In this document: positions 55,835-64,000 of the stretch, piece by piece
How positions within the stretch are numbered: position 1 is the stretch's first letter
How the letters are laid out: each line of letters begins with the position of its first letter
From: a virus
IMG/VR virus record: IMGVR_UViG_3300027541_000695
Coordinates: 5,639 to 69,638 of that record
Reading direction: 5' to 3' (one strand)
Length of the DNA stretch: 64,000 nucleotides
Notes under the pieces: generated by a model
The model's database searches: none
Told to the model about the DNA's origin: nothing
The model's input: the letters and a program-made list of their open reading frames with translations, nothing else
Position numbers and translations under genes: made by a program

Positions 55835-56193
55835 GTTTAAAAACAGATTATTTTGATGGTGCAACAGGCCTTCAATCAAAGATGAATGAGGCGTTTGATG
55901 CTGGTGCTGCATATGTTACAGCTAATATGAGTACATTAAGTAATGGCTTAGTTGAAGCTGCGGCAAAAGGTCAATCTAAATTTACTGTTAAAGTAACTGG
56001 CACAGGTACGGTGAATGCTAGCTATCTTAGAGCTAATAGCGGCAACAATATGCTGCTTAAGTCTTTCTTTGCTGGAATAAAAGATGGACTTGCTGCACAG
56101 GACGTTTATGACTATGAATGTTCATTACAGCTTGATGTGTCAGATTCCGTTAACACTAATGTTAATTTTTTGTTTAATTTTCAAATGGTTTAA
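55831..56193 (+). CDS. Hypothetical protein
   Basis: ATGA coupling; followed by a strong terminator. Confidence 0.65.
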   Translation: MSLKTDYFDGATGLQSKMNEAFDAGAAYVTANMSTLSNGLVEAAAKGQSKFTVKVTGTGTVNASYLRANSGNNMLLKSFFAGIKDGLAAQDVYDYECSLQLDVSDSVNTNVNFLFNFQMV

Positions 56194-56218
56194 GGTACAT
56201 TAACTAAATATCTTAATT

Positions 56219-56246
56219 GGGGCACAGCGCGCGCTGTGCCCTTTTT
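56219..56246 (+). terminator. Rho-independent terminator
   Basis: Perfect 22-bp palindrome GGGCACAGCGCGCGCTGTGCCC followed by a T tract. Confidence 0.85.
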
Positions 56247-56265
56247 ATTTTGTATAACAGTAAAG

Positions 56266-59200
56266 ATGCGTAATTTTAAAGAGCCTTGTCAATTGCATAA
56301 TCATAGTAAATACTCTCTCCTGGATGCTGTTCCTTCTCCAGAAGAATGGGTCGGTTGGTGCTTAGAAACTCGTACTCCAGCATTGGCTATAACTGACCAC
56401 GGTACAGCTATATCGATGTTTGATGCATTAAGGACTAAAGAATTTATTAAAAATTACAACAAACAACACGGTACTAATCATCCTCTTGATGCCGTAACTC
56501 TTATTCCTGCCGTAGAATTGTACGTTAAACTAAATTCAGATGACAAAAGCCATTATCATATAACCGCTTGGGCTTGTTCAAATGAAGGTTATCATAACCT
56601 CATGAAGTTGTCTTCCTTGGCTTACAATGATACAGTTACCTACTTTGGATCTATAAAGGCTAGAGTGACTTTTGATCAAATTAAGCAATATAAAAAGGGC
56701 ATTAAATTTGGCACCGGTTGCATAGCCGGCCCCATAGGATCAGCGTTTTGGAATAGCAATGAGAAAAGAGCAGAAGAGCTTTTTTTAATGTATAAAGATA
56801 CGTTTGGTGATGATCTATATGTTGAGTTTCATTGCAACGATGTTACTCATAATTTTAATAAGGGAACTGGTGGTTTTGATAAAATTCCAGGCGATGAATG
56901 TTCATGTGATGGAAATAAGCAAAAGTGGTATAATAAGTTTCTTGCTAAGATGGTGGATAAATACGGTGGTAAATGCGTTCCAGTTACAGATGCGCATTTT
57001 ATAATGCCGGAAGACAAGATAATTCAGGATTGTCTGCTTAAAAATGGTAATTCAAATGGTTGGTATTTCTATGAGTCTTATCATCAGCTTAGAGCTAATC
57101 AAATGTTTGATAAGCTTAAAAATCATTTAGGCGACTGGTTAACTGAAGATAAATTCGAACAATGGATTGAAAATACTTATGAAGTTGCTAATAGCGCTAA
57201 AGATATAGAAATAAAGTTTGAATACCATTTACCTAAAATACAAATACCTCAACATATTCAGGATAAGGTTTCAAACTACGACGAGCAAACATATTATTAT
57301 ATGATGGAGCTCATAAAGAAACACGGAAGATGGAAAAACGACCCTGTTTATAAAAATCGTTTTAAGCAAGAGCTTGAAGTGATAATGAAGAACGAAAAAC
57401 TTAACTTTATTCCATATTTCTTAGTTTACGAAGATATAGGCACATTCGCAAGATCTCAAGGCATCCTACAGAATATCGCGCGCGGTTCTGCAGGCGGATC
57501 TTTGCTTAGTTATTATCTAAAAATAATTCATGTCGATCCAATAAAAGCAAATCTTCCGTTTGAGCGCTTTTTATCTCATGCCAGAATAAGGGCTGGTTCT
57601 TTTCCAGATATAGATGCAGATATCGGCGATAGAGCCAGAGTCTTAATCATGAACTATCTTAGAGAAAAATATAGTTTAGGTTTTGCTCAGATAGCTACAT
57701 TTCAAAAAATTAAAACTAAAAATGCCATTAAAGATGCGATGTATGCGCTCTATGGAAGAAATAGAAATGATCCTGAAATTAAGGCTCTATGCGACACTAT
57801 TCAAGATAGTCCTCAAGGCGTTGATGAGCATGATTTTCTCTATGGATATACTGACAATGAAGGCAACTATAATGCCGGTGAAGTTGAAATAAATCAACAA
57901 CTTGCTAACTTTTTTGCTTCTTATCCAGAAGTTGAAAAAATGGTTAAAAAGTTAATAGGCGCAATTCGTGGCTGGTCAAGACACGCCTCTGCCTTTGTAA
58001 TATCTACCTTGGACCTATCGGCAGATAGAGTTCCAACCATGATAATGAAGGATAAAGAATTAGGTGATATAACATGTACTCAGTATGATGCATCTATGGT
58101 AGAAAAATGCGGTCTAGTCAAGGCCGATATCCTAGGTATCAAAACATTAACCGCTGTTTCTGACTGTGTTGAGCTTATAAAGAAAAACGGCGGTGTAAAT
58201 TACCTTGAGGAGGAAGATGGCCTCCCTTTGATATATAGATTGCCAGAAGATAAAAACGTTTACGGTGATTTCTATTCAAAGGACACAGATTCTTCATTTC
58301 AATTTAATACTGAGCTAATTAAGGGGTATATTCAAGAGTTTGCTCCAATCAGAAGAGCAGATCTCGCTGCCATGACCGCTCTATGTCGTCCAGGTGCGCT
58401 AGATGCTCCTCTGTATGATACTACCGCAGCTCAATATTACATGGATATAAGGAATGCTAAGAAATCCGTTGACTACTTGCACCCTGATCTTGAGCCAATA
58501 CTTAAAGACAGTAATGGTGTATTTGTATACCAAGAAGAAGTCATGAAATTCCTTGTTGAAATTGTAGGCTATACCTGGGAAGAGTCTGACATAATTAGGG
58601 GCGCTATCGCAAAGAAAAAACAAGAAGTGATTATGGCCACTTTCGACAAGATACGTAGCTCTTGTAGAAGTAGAGGTTGGTCTGAAGAAGCAATAGAGAC
58701 AGTTTGTCAGCAGATATTAGCGTTTTCAAGATATTCTTTCAATAAATCTCACTCGCACGCGTATGGCGAGTTAGGTTATATAACCATGTATTTAAAGCAC
58801 CATCATCCACTTGAATGGTGGGCGAGCATATTAAATCTTTCCATAGATGATGAAGATAAGATGAGAAAGTATATATCTAAGCTTGGTTCATTAATAAAAT
58901 CACCTTCGCTTAAACATCCAACCAGTTTATTTGAAGTTAGATCTGATGGCGATCAGAAGTTTATAGTGACTCCGATTTCTGCTATAAAAGGTATAGGACC
59001 CGCAGTTGTTAGAGAATTATGTAGCAAGGCACCATTTTACTCTGTGGAAGATTTCATTAAAAGAATAGATCACGCGAAGGTTAATAGCGGCGGCATATCT
59101 TATTTGGTTAAGGGAAGAGCCGCAGACGACATGATGGATAATTCTATTTCTGATTACGCAGAAAGAAGGAAAAGCTTTATAGAGCAATATTCTTACTTAA

Positions 59201-59715
59201 GAGGAAAGACTATAAAACTTCAGCCAGATATTTTTGACTTTAGTCCACTGCAAATCTTTTTAATGGAAAAGGAACACAACAGGGCATTTAATAAATATCT
59301 TCTCTCTGATAGAGAGATAGTTAAAACTATTAAAAACAAATGGCCGGCTCTTAAAGACACCGGTCGCCAAGCTATTCCTCTTACCATGGGAGAGACGATA
59401 ATCCTTTCTAACATTAAGGTGGCCGAAGGCATGTTTAAAAAGAACTATGAGAAAGAAGTTGGAATGATATTACTATTCGAATCATCTGAGTTTTCTAAGG
59501 GGGTTTCAAAGAAAAATGGAAGACCTTGGAATAAGGTTAGTGTAAATCTTTCAGACGGATATTCTTTTATTGAATGTGTGGATTGGAATGGTAAACACGC
59601 ATTAGGCTGGAATAAAAATACTTTGGTCTATGTTAGAGGCTTTTTAAAGCAAGGTTGGAAGACCCCAGTGTGCTTACAGATAAAAGAGATAGAAAAAATT
59701 GAATCATTGGTATAA
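56266..59715 (+). CDS. dnaE: DNA polymerase III alpha subunit (family C, DnaE-like)
   Basis: PHP domain LHNHSKYSLLD/ITDHG/TDAH; RGSAGGSL, PDIDAD, HASAFVI, KADILG, YQEEVM and YSFNKSH motifs. Start reassigned to ATG 56266. Confidence 0.95.
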   Translation: MRNFKEPCQLHNHSKYSLLDAVPSPEEWVGWCLETRTPALAITDHGTAISMFDALRTKEFIKNYNKQHGTNHPLDAVTLIPAVELYVKLNSDDKSHYHITAWACSNEGYHNLMKLSSLAYNDTVTYFGSIKARVTFDQIKQYKKGIKFGTGCIAGPIGSAFWNSNEKRAEELFLMYKDTFGDDLYVEFHCNDVTHNFNKGTGGFDKIPGDECSCDGNKQKWYNKFLAKMVDKYGGKCVPVTDAHFIMPEDKIIQDCLLKNGNSNGWYFYESYHQLRANQMFDKLKNHLGDWLTEDKFEQWIENTYEVANSAKDIEIKFEYHLPKIQIPQHIQDKVSNYDEQTYYYMMELIKKHGRWKNDPVYKNRFKQELEVIMKNEKLNFIPYFLVYEDIGTFARSQGILQNIARGSAGGSLLSYYLKIIHVDPIKANLPFERFLSHARIRAGSFPDIDADIGDRARVLIMNYLREKYSLGFAQIATFQKIKTKNAIKDAMYALYGRNRNDPEIKALCDTIQDSPQGVDEHDFLYGYTDNEGNYNAGEVEINQQLANFFASYPEVEKMVKKLIGAIRGWSRHASAFVISTLDLSADRVPTMIMKDKELGDITCTQYDASMVEKCGLVKADILGIKTLTAVSDCVELIKKNGGVNYLEEEDGLPLIYRLPEDKNVYGDFYSKDTDSSFQFNTELIKGYIQEFAPIRRADLAAMTALCRPGALDAPLYDTTAAQYYMDIRNAKKSVDYLHPDLEPILKDSNGVFVYQEEVMKFLVEIVGYTWEESDIIRGAIAKKKQEVIMATFDKIRSSCRSRGWSEEAIETVCQQILAFSRYSFNKSHSHAYGELGYITMYLKHHHPLEWWASILNLSIDDEDKMRKYISKLGSLIKSPSLKHPTSLFEVRSDGDQKFIVTPISAIKGIGPAVVRELCSKAPFYSVEDFIKRIDHAKVNSGGISYLVKGRAADDMMDNSISDYAERRKSFIEQYSYLRGKTIKLQPDIFDFSPLQIFLMEKEHNRAFNKYLLSDREIVKTIKNKWPALKDTGRQAIPLTMGETIILSNIKVAEGMFKKNYEKEVGMILLFESSEFSKGVSKKNGRPWNKVSVNLSDGYSFIECVDWNGKHALGWNKNTLVYVRGFLKQGWKTPVCLQIKEIEKIESLV

Positions 59716-59734
59716 ACAAATATAAGGAGAAAAT

Positions 59735-60262
59735 ATGTCGAAATTTGTATTAGTAACAGAGATTCCAAAAAACTTAAATAAGGGAGAAATTGTTATAACA
59801 GAACCTAATTTTATGCCAGAGATAGCACAAAATGCTAGAAAGGCTTCAAAAATTAAACAAACTGGCATAAATCATTTAAGAGAAGTGTTAAATTCAATTG
59901 CAAATAAATATGATAAAGACATGGATGTAATGCGAATAAAGTTAGTTAATTACGAAGGTCTTCCTTATGGCAATGACAAGGATCTTCACGATATCGTGCT
60001 CAGAATTTTAAACAAAGAATACCCTAAAGTTCTTGATAAATACTTAGATCACCATATTAAATCTAGGCCAATGGGCACTAAGGTTATTTATTATACTGGT
60101 TCTTTAAAGTCCACTACTCCGTTTTACGAAAACGGCGTTGACCTGCTTGATGCTAAAGACATAGAACATCATGTATCTAATAAACCTAAAAAGACTGTAG
60201 GTAAACCCGCGATCACCGCAGAAGAAGCAGAAAAAACTAAATTAGAGGCTAATAATACATAA
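59735..60262 (+). CDS. Hypothetical protein
   Basis: AAGGAG SD; clean ORF. Confidence 0.65.
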   Translation: MSKFVLVTEIPKNLNKGEIVITEPNFMPEIAQNARKASKIKQTGINHLREVLNSIANKYDKDMDVMRIKLVNYEGLPYGNDKDLHDIVLRILNKEYPKVLDKYLDHHIKSRPMGTKVIYYTGSLKSTTPFYENGVDLLDAKDIEHHVSNKPKKTVGKPAITAEEAEKTKLEANNT

Positions 60263-60341
60263 TTTTAATTGTTTGTATAAGATATATGATATAATATTTA
60301 TATCGCCACAAAGCGAATGAATATAACCTTTGGAGAAAAAC

Positions 60342-61334
60342 ATGAGTTCAAAAATAAAACTAAATCTTGATTCACTTAAATCCCGCAGAGAATGGAAAAG
60401 ACATAAGGTAAAGGACGGACACAACGTCTTTCGTATTTTGCCTCCCTATGGAGAGTCTTCTAACGGATACCCATATCGTAAATGGCAAGTTATCTGGGGA
60501 CTTCTCGATCCTGAATCTGGAAGAAAACGTCCATTTGCGTCTTCCATGACTAGCGAAAAACGCTGCCCCGTCACTGAGTATGTTTCAAAACTTAAAGTAA
60601 AGGCAGAGACTCTTGAAGCTGAGCTTAAGGCTTCCGGTATGTCTAAAGAAGATGTTTCTGCTAGGCTTAAAGCAGTAAAAGATCTTATAAATGAACTTTC
60701 ACCTAAGACAGTTTATGTCTACAATGCCGTTGACAAATCTGGAGAGGTTGGCCTTCTTGAACTTAAATCTACAGCTCATAAAAAAATGAAGAGCGAGATG
60801 AATCGATATATTCAAGATTACAATCAAGACCCTACTTCTCTTAATAGCGCAGATGATGATTCTGGTGTATGGTTTGATGTAACTCGTCAAGGTATGGGTA
60901 GAGACACTGAATATGACGTGAATAGGTGTCAGATTAAGACAAAGTCTGCCAGTGGTAAATTATCATTCGAGGATGATAGATCTCCTTTGCCCGAAGCTGT
61001 TGTTGAAAATTATGACAATCTTGCTTATGATCTTTCTTCTGTTTATCAGATTAAATCCTATGAAGATCTTGAGCAGATTCTTCATGCCAATATGTCAGCT
61101 CTTGTAGATATGGTTCCAGATGCTAATTTAGATAGTCAAGCTACTAGAACCGTTGCCAGCACTAAACCATCTTCTAAGGTATCCATTAGAATCGATGATC
61201 TTGACGATGAAGAGGAAGATGATGTTGAGATCGCGCCTACGGTGTCTTCTGTCAGAAAAACTGCAACAAAAGCTAGCTCAGTTGCTCTAGATGATGATTT
61301 CATGGCTGAAGCAGACGCAATTCTTAACGGATGA
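60342..61334 (+). CDS. Single-stranded DNA-binding protein, T4 gp32-like
   Basis: NVFRILPP..CPV..YVYNAVD..G.WFDVTRQG.GRDTEY and an acidic C-terminus. Adjacent to UvsY-like and RecA genes; GGAG SD. Confidence 0.75.
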   Translation: MSSKIKLNLDSLKSRREWKRHKVKDGHNVFRILPPYGESSNGYPYRKWQVIWGLLDPESGRKRPFASSMTSEKRCPVTEYVSKLKVKAETLEAELKASGMSKEDVSARLKAVKDLINELSPKTVYVYNAVDKSGEVGLLELKSTAHKKMKSEMNRYIQDYNQDPTSLNSADDDSGVWFDVTRQGMGRDTEYDVNRCQIKTKSASGKLSFEDDRSPLPEAVVENYDNLAYDLSSVYQIKSYEDLEQILHANMSALVDMVPDANLDSQATRTVASTKPSSKVSIRIDDLDDEEEDDVEIAPTVSSVRKTATKASSVALDDDFMAEADAILNG

Positions 61335-61789
61335 ACGATATGAGTGAACTTTCCCAGAAAGGGATTGATGTAGCTCATCTTGCTGAATATGTAAATAAGA
61401 TAGAGGAGCTGTCATCTGTGTCTAAGATGATGGCTCCCGTCTATCTTAGAGATTACATAATGGGCCAAGATATGGCCGCTAGTTTATTAGCTAAAGCCAT
61501 GCAAGCAGATTCAAGGGCTAAGGCTAAGCTAGAGCAAGCAGAAGCTATAGCGTATCTTGAAAAAGCCAGAGAATATTTAGAATCAAAGAATATTAAGGAT
61601 ACTAGCGAAGCTAGAAAGCAATACGTAAATATTGATCAAGATGTTCTTGTAGCTAAAGATAAGAAGGCTCAAACAGAGGCACTTGTCGCTCTCTTAAAAA
61701 GCAAGTTGTCTCAACTTAGACAAGCGCACGATACCCTTAAGAAAATTACCTATGACAAAGGCAATGATACTTCTTGGGAAGGTATGTAA
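61331..61789 (+). CDS. UvsY-like recombination mediator (putative)
   Basis: Helical 152-aa protein with KDTSEARKQYVNIDQD; lies between SSB and RecA. Confidence 0.5.
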   Translation: MNDMSELSQKGIDVAHLAEYVNKIEELSSVSKMMAPVYLRDYIMGQDMAASLLAKAMQADSRAKAKLEQAEAIAYLEKAREYLESKNIKDTSEARKQYVNIDQDVLVAKDKKAQTEALVALLKSKLSQLRQAHDTLKKITYDKGNDTSWEGM

Positions 61790-61804
61790 TTTATAGGAGA
61801 AAAT

Positions 61805-62911
61805 ATGTCAAAATGGTTATCTAAATTAACATCTGATTTTGGAGTTGTAGCGGATTCCCTTGTCAAGCAGCTTCCCCCAGTTGTCCCGACAAGATCCCCT
61901 TCTCTTAATTGGGCTACGGGGATTGGAGGTTTTCAGCCAGGCAAAATATCCGTTTTATATGGCCCTGAAAGTTCAGGTAAATCTTTGTTGGCTATGATGG
62001 CTATTGCAGATCAACAAAAGGCAAATTCAGAATCCCTTTTTGTGTGGTTTGATGCTGAGTTTTCTTTTAATCTAGAGCTTTTTAAAAAGATAGGAGGAGA
62101 TCCAGCTAGATTGGTCGTAAGACGCACCAACGATCCTTTGATGATTTTTGATTATATAGGCAATGAATTAAAAGAACTTCTTCAAGAAGGTGCGCCTATT
62201 AAAGGAATAGTTATTGATTCTATTAAGGCAATTAGATATCCAAAGGAATCAAACATGAAGCAAACGACAGATCAAAAGATGGGCGGCACCGGTGCCAGCT
62301 ATCTTCCATCTGCACTCAAGCTTATTATTCCTGTTATAGCCGAATTTAATTTACTCACTTTTTTTATTCAACAGGTTACCATGGAAATAGATCCAATGAA
62401 GGCTCTTAGAAATCCATATGTAATAACTGAGGGGCGAGCACTTAAACACGCAGCTGATTTAATGCTTGAAATTGTAAAACTTGACACTAAATCTGGCGTT
62501 ATAGAGCAAGGCGAAACAATAACTGGCGCGGCTCAGCAGATCGGACACAAGGTTCGCGTAAAGGTTAAGAAAAATCGTTTAGGTGTACCTGCAAGACAAG
62601 CTCAATTTACATATCATTATGATAGAGGGGTTATCGACACTGCTACAGAGATATTTGAATTAGGCAAGTCTCTCGGAGTAATCTTTCACCCCAAGAATCC
62701 TGAGACTGGTAAGGAAAACGTACAAATGTGGCAATTCGGTTCATATCCTCCTGTTAGAGGAGAAGCCAACATGCTTGCCACAGTTGTTGAGTCTAAAAAG
62801 ATGCAAGAAGAAATTATGACATCTTGTTATCAATTCAAAGACTCATTACCTAAACTTGATATAGATGGAGTGTCCGTCGATGAAGATCTTTTAAATATCG
62901 ACTTGTCTTAA
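61805..62911 (+). CDS. recA: RecA/UvsX recombinase
   Basis: GGFQPGKISVLYGPESSGKS, WFDAE, IVIDSI, GRALKH and VKKNR motifs. Confidence 0.92.
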   Translation: MSKWLSKLTSDFGVVADSLVKQLPPVVPTRSPSLNWATGIGGFQPGKISVLYGPESSGKSLLAMMAIADQQKANSESLFVWFDAEFSFNLELFKKIGGDPARLVVRRTNDPLMIFDYIGNELKELLQEGAPIKGIVIDSIKAIRYPKESNMKQTTDQKMGGTGASYLPSALKLIIPVIAEFNLLTFFIQQVTMEIDPMKALRNPYVITEGRALKHAADLMLEIVKLDTKSGVIEQGETITGAAQQIGHKVRVKVKKNRLGVPARQAQFTYHYDRGVIDTATEIFELGKSLGVIFHPKNPETGKENVQMWQFGSYPPVRGEANMLATVVESKKMQEEIMTSCYQFKDSLPKLDIDGVSVDEDLLNIDLS

Positions 62912-62912
62912 T

Positions 62913-63941
62913 ATGGCTAAAGTACTTTTTATAGGCGATCCACATCTAAAAATTAACAGATTTGATTTAGCCAGGCAATTTTTAGCCTGGCTAAATTCTG
63001 TTATTTTAATCGAAAAGCCAGATATAGTCGTTAACTTAGGCGATACGTTCGATACTCACGCTGTTTTAAGGTCTGAGGTACTTAATGAATTTATGGCTCA
63101 CGTAGATCTAGTTTTAAATAATAACATGGAATATGTTTATTTAGTTGGCAACCATGATATGTATAAGCCAAATGATTCAAAATATCATGCTATGAAATCG
63201 TTTAAAGATAGACATCCAAAGTTACACATAGTAGATGAAACGCAAGAACTTTTTAATATAACTTTTGTTCCCTATAAACACGATCCGTCACTTTTTCCTA
63301 AGAGCACGCTACCCATATGCGTTGCGCATCAAACTTTTTGGGGCGCAGACTATGGTTCCATCCTCTGTAAGGACGGCGTTGAACCGCAAAGTATATCTGG
63401 CTGCGAGATCATTATCTCTGGTCACATACATAAACGGCAGTCGCTTATATCAAATGGACCAAAAAGCATACATGTTTTATATGTAGGCACTCCGTTTTCA
63501 CAAGGGGCCGCTGACGTTGATCAAATTAAGGGCATAACCATATTCGACACAGACACTTATAAGCAAACATTTATACAGTGCCCTCTTCCTTCATATAAGA
63601 AGATGGCGCTGTATTTATCTGAATCTTTTGGTTCAGATGATTGTTACAATGAAATTGAACAAAGGATAAAGGGATCAAAAGATCATTGGATATTAGAAAT
63701 AGATGGACCTAAACCCGAAATTTTAAGTCTATTAAATTCTAAAAAATATAAAGATCTCATAAAAGATGTAGACGTAAAGGTTAAAACAAATTTTATAGAT
63801 AAAGAAAAGAAAAAAGTAACTATAGAAGTTAAAACAATAGATTCTATAGTTACAGATTATGTAAATAAAGTTTATTCAGGCTCTTTAGATAAGGCTATCT
63901 TAATTAAGGTCGCTAAAGAACTACTTTATGAACCTAATTAA
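62913..63941 (+). CDS. sbcD: SbcD/Mre11 (T4 gp47-like) nuclease
   Basis: GDPH, LGDTFD, VGNHD, AHQ and SGHIH metallophosphoesterase motifs. Confidence 0.9.
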   Translation: MAKVLFIGDPHLKINRFDLARQFLAWLNSVILIEKPDIVVNLGDTFDTHAVLRSEVLNEFMAHVDLVLNNNMEYVYLVGNHDMYKPNDSKYHAMKSFKDRHPKLHIVDETQELFNITFVPYKHDPSLFPKSTLPICVAHQTFWGADYGSILCKDGVEPQSISGCEIIISGHIHKRQSLISNGPKSIHVLYVGTPFSQGAADVDQIKGITIFDTDTYKQTFIQCPLPSYKKMALYLSESFGSDDCYNEIEQRIKGSKDHWILEIDGPKPEILSLLNSKKYKDLIKDVDVKVKTNFIDKEKKKVTIEVKTIDSIVTDYVNKVYSGSLDKAILIKVAKELLYEPN

Positions 63942-63955
63942 CTCAGTGCTATTTT

Positions 63956-64000
63956 TGGTATAATATAAACTATGGATTCTCAAGATCTTACAGAATTTTT
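63956..64000 (+). other. Extended -10 promoter and start of a truncated leaderless CDS (ATG 63972)
   Basis: TGG-TATAAT-ATAAACT-ATG GAT TCT CAA..., open to the window end. Confidence 0.5.

Noticed and set aside
54986-59715. Intron- or intein-associated homing endonuclease near dnaE
   Set aside because: The HNH gene is free-standing with its own promoter, and DnaE, RecA and the helicases are of normal length with no visible intein or intron.
3208-63486. Numerous antisense and alternate-frame ORFs in the track (e.g. 7389-7928, 33479-34054, 34166-34657)
   Set aside because: They are shadows of long real genes or of repeats, with no start signals or recognisable motifs.
1-64000. Stop-codon reassignment
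   Set aside because: Long conserved genes are intact under code 11, and TAA, TAG and TGA all end genes. The short ORFs at 1-2.3 kb lie in different frames with overlapping starts and each carries its own motif copy, so they are not fragments of one recoded gene.

Overview
This window is a 64 kb piece of a large, AT-rich, tailed dsDNA bacteriophage with a contractile tail (myovirus morphotype), using the standard genetic code. The host is probably Gram-negative, judged from a GH24 lysozyme and a spanin-like protein. Layout: (1) 1-2.3 kb is a dense array of tiny ORFs, five of them missing from the ORF track; eleven share one amphipathic-helix motif. (2) 2.8-42.5 kb is the neck/tail module, which resembles Herelleviridae in order and motifs: stopper, an inserted Nudix protein, tail completion, terminator, sheath, three tube paralogues, chaperones, tape measure, hub, spike, LysM-gp25 wedge, a 2362-aa baseplate-J, a collagen-repeat fibre and three stand-alone collar proteins. 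(3) 42.5-64 kb holds replication, recombination and lysis genes: primase, DnaB-like and UvsW-like helicases, lysozyme, dUTPase, a degenerate methyltransferase, GroEL, SbcC/SbcD, HNH, DnaE, a gp32-like SSB, a UvsY-like protein and RecA. The most unusual items are the microprotein paralogue array, a tRNA-like gene with an aberrant anticodon arm next to a four-way-junction element with GNA triloops, and repeated TATAAT-N6/7-ATG leaderless promoters. Also notable are a Nudix protein inside the neck genes and a candidate single-chain spanin with a C-terminal beta-signal. All family calls come from motif recognition and gene order, not database searches.
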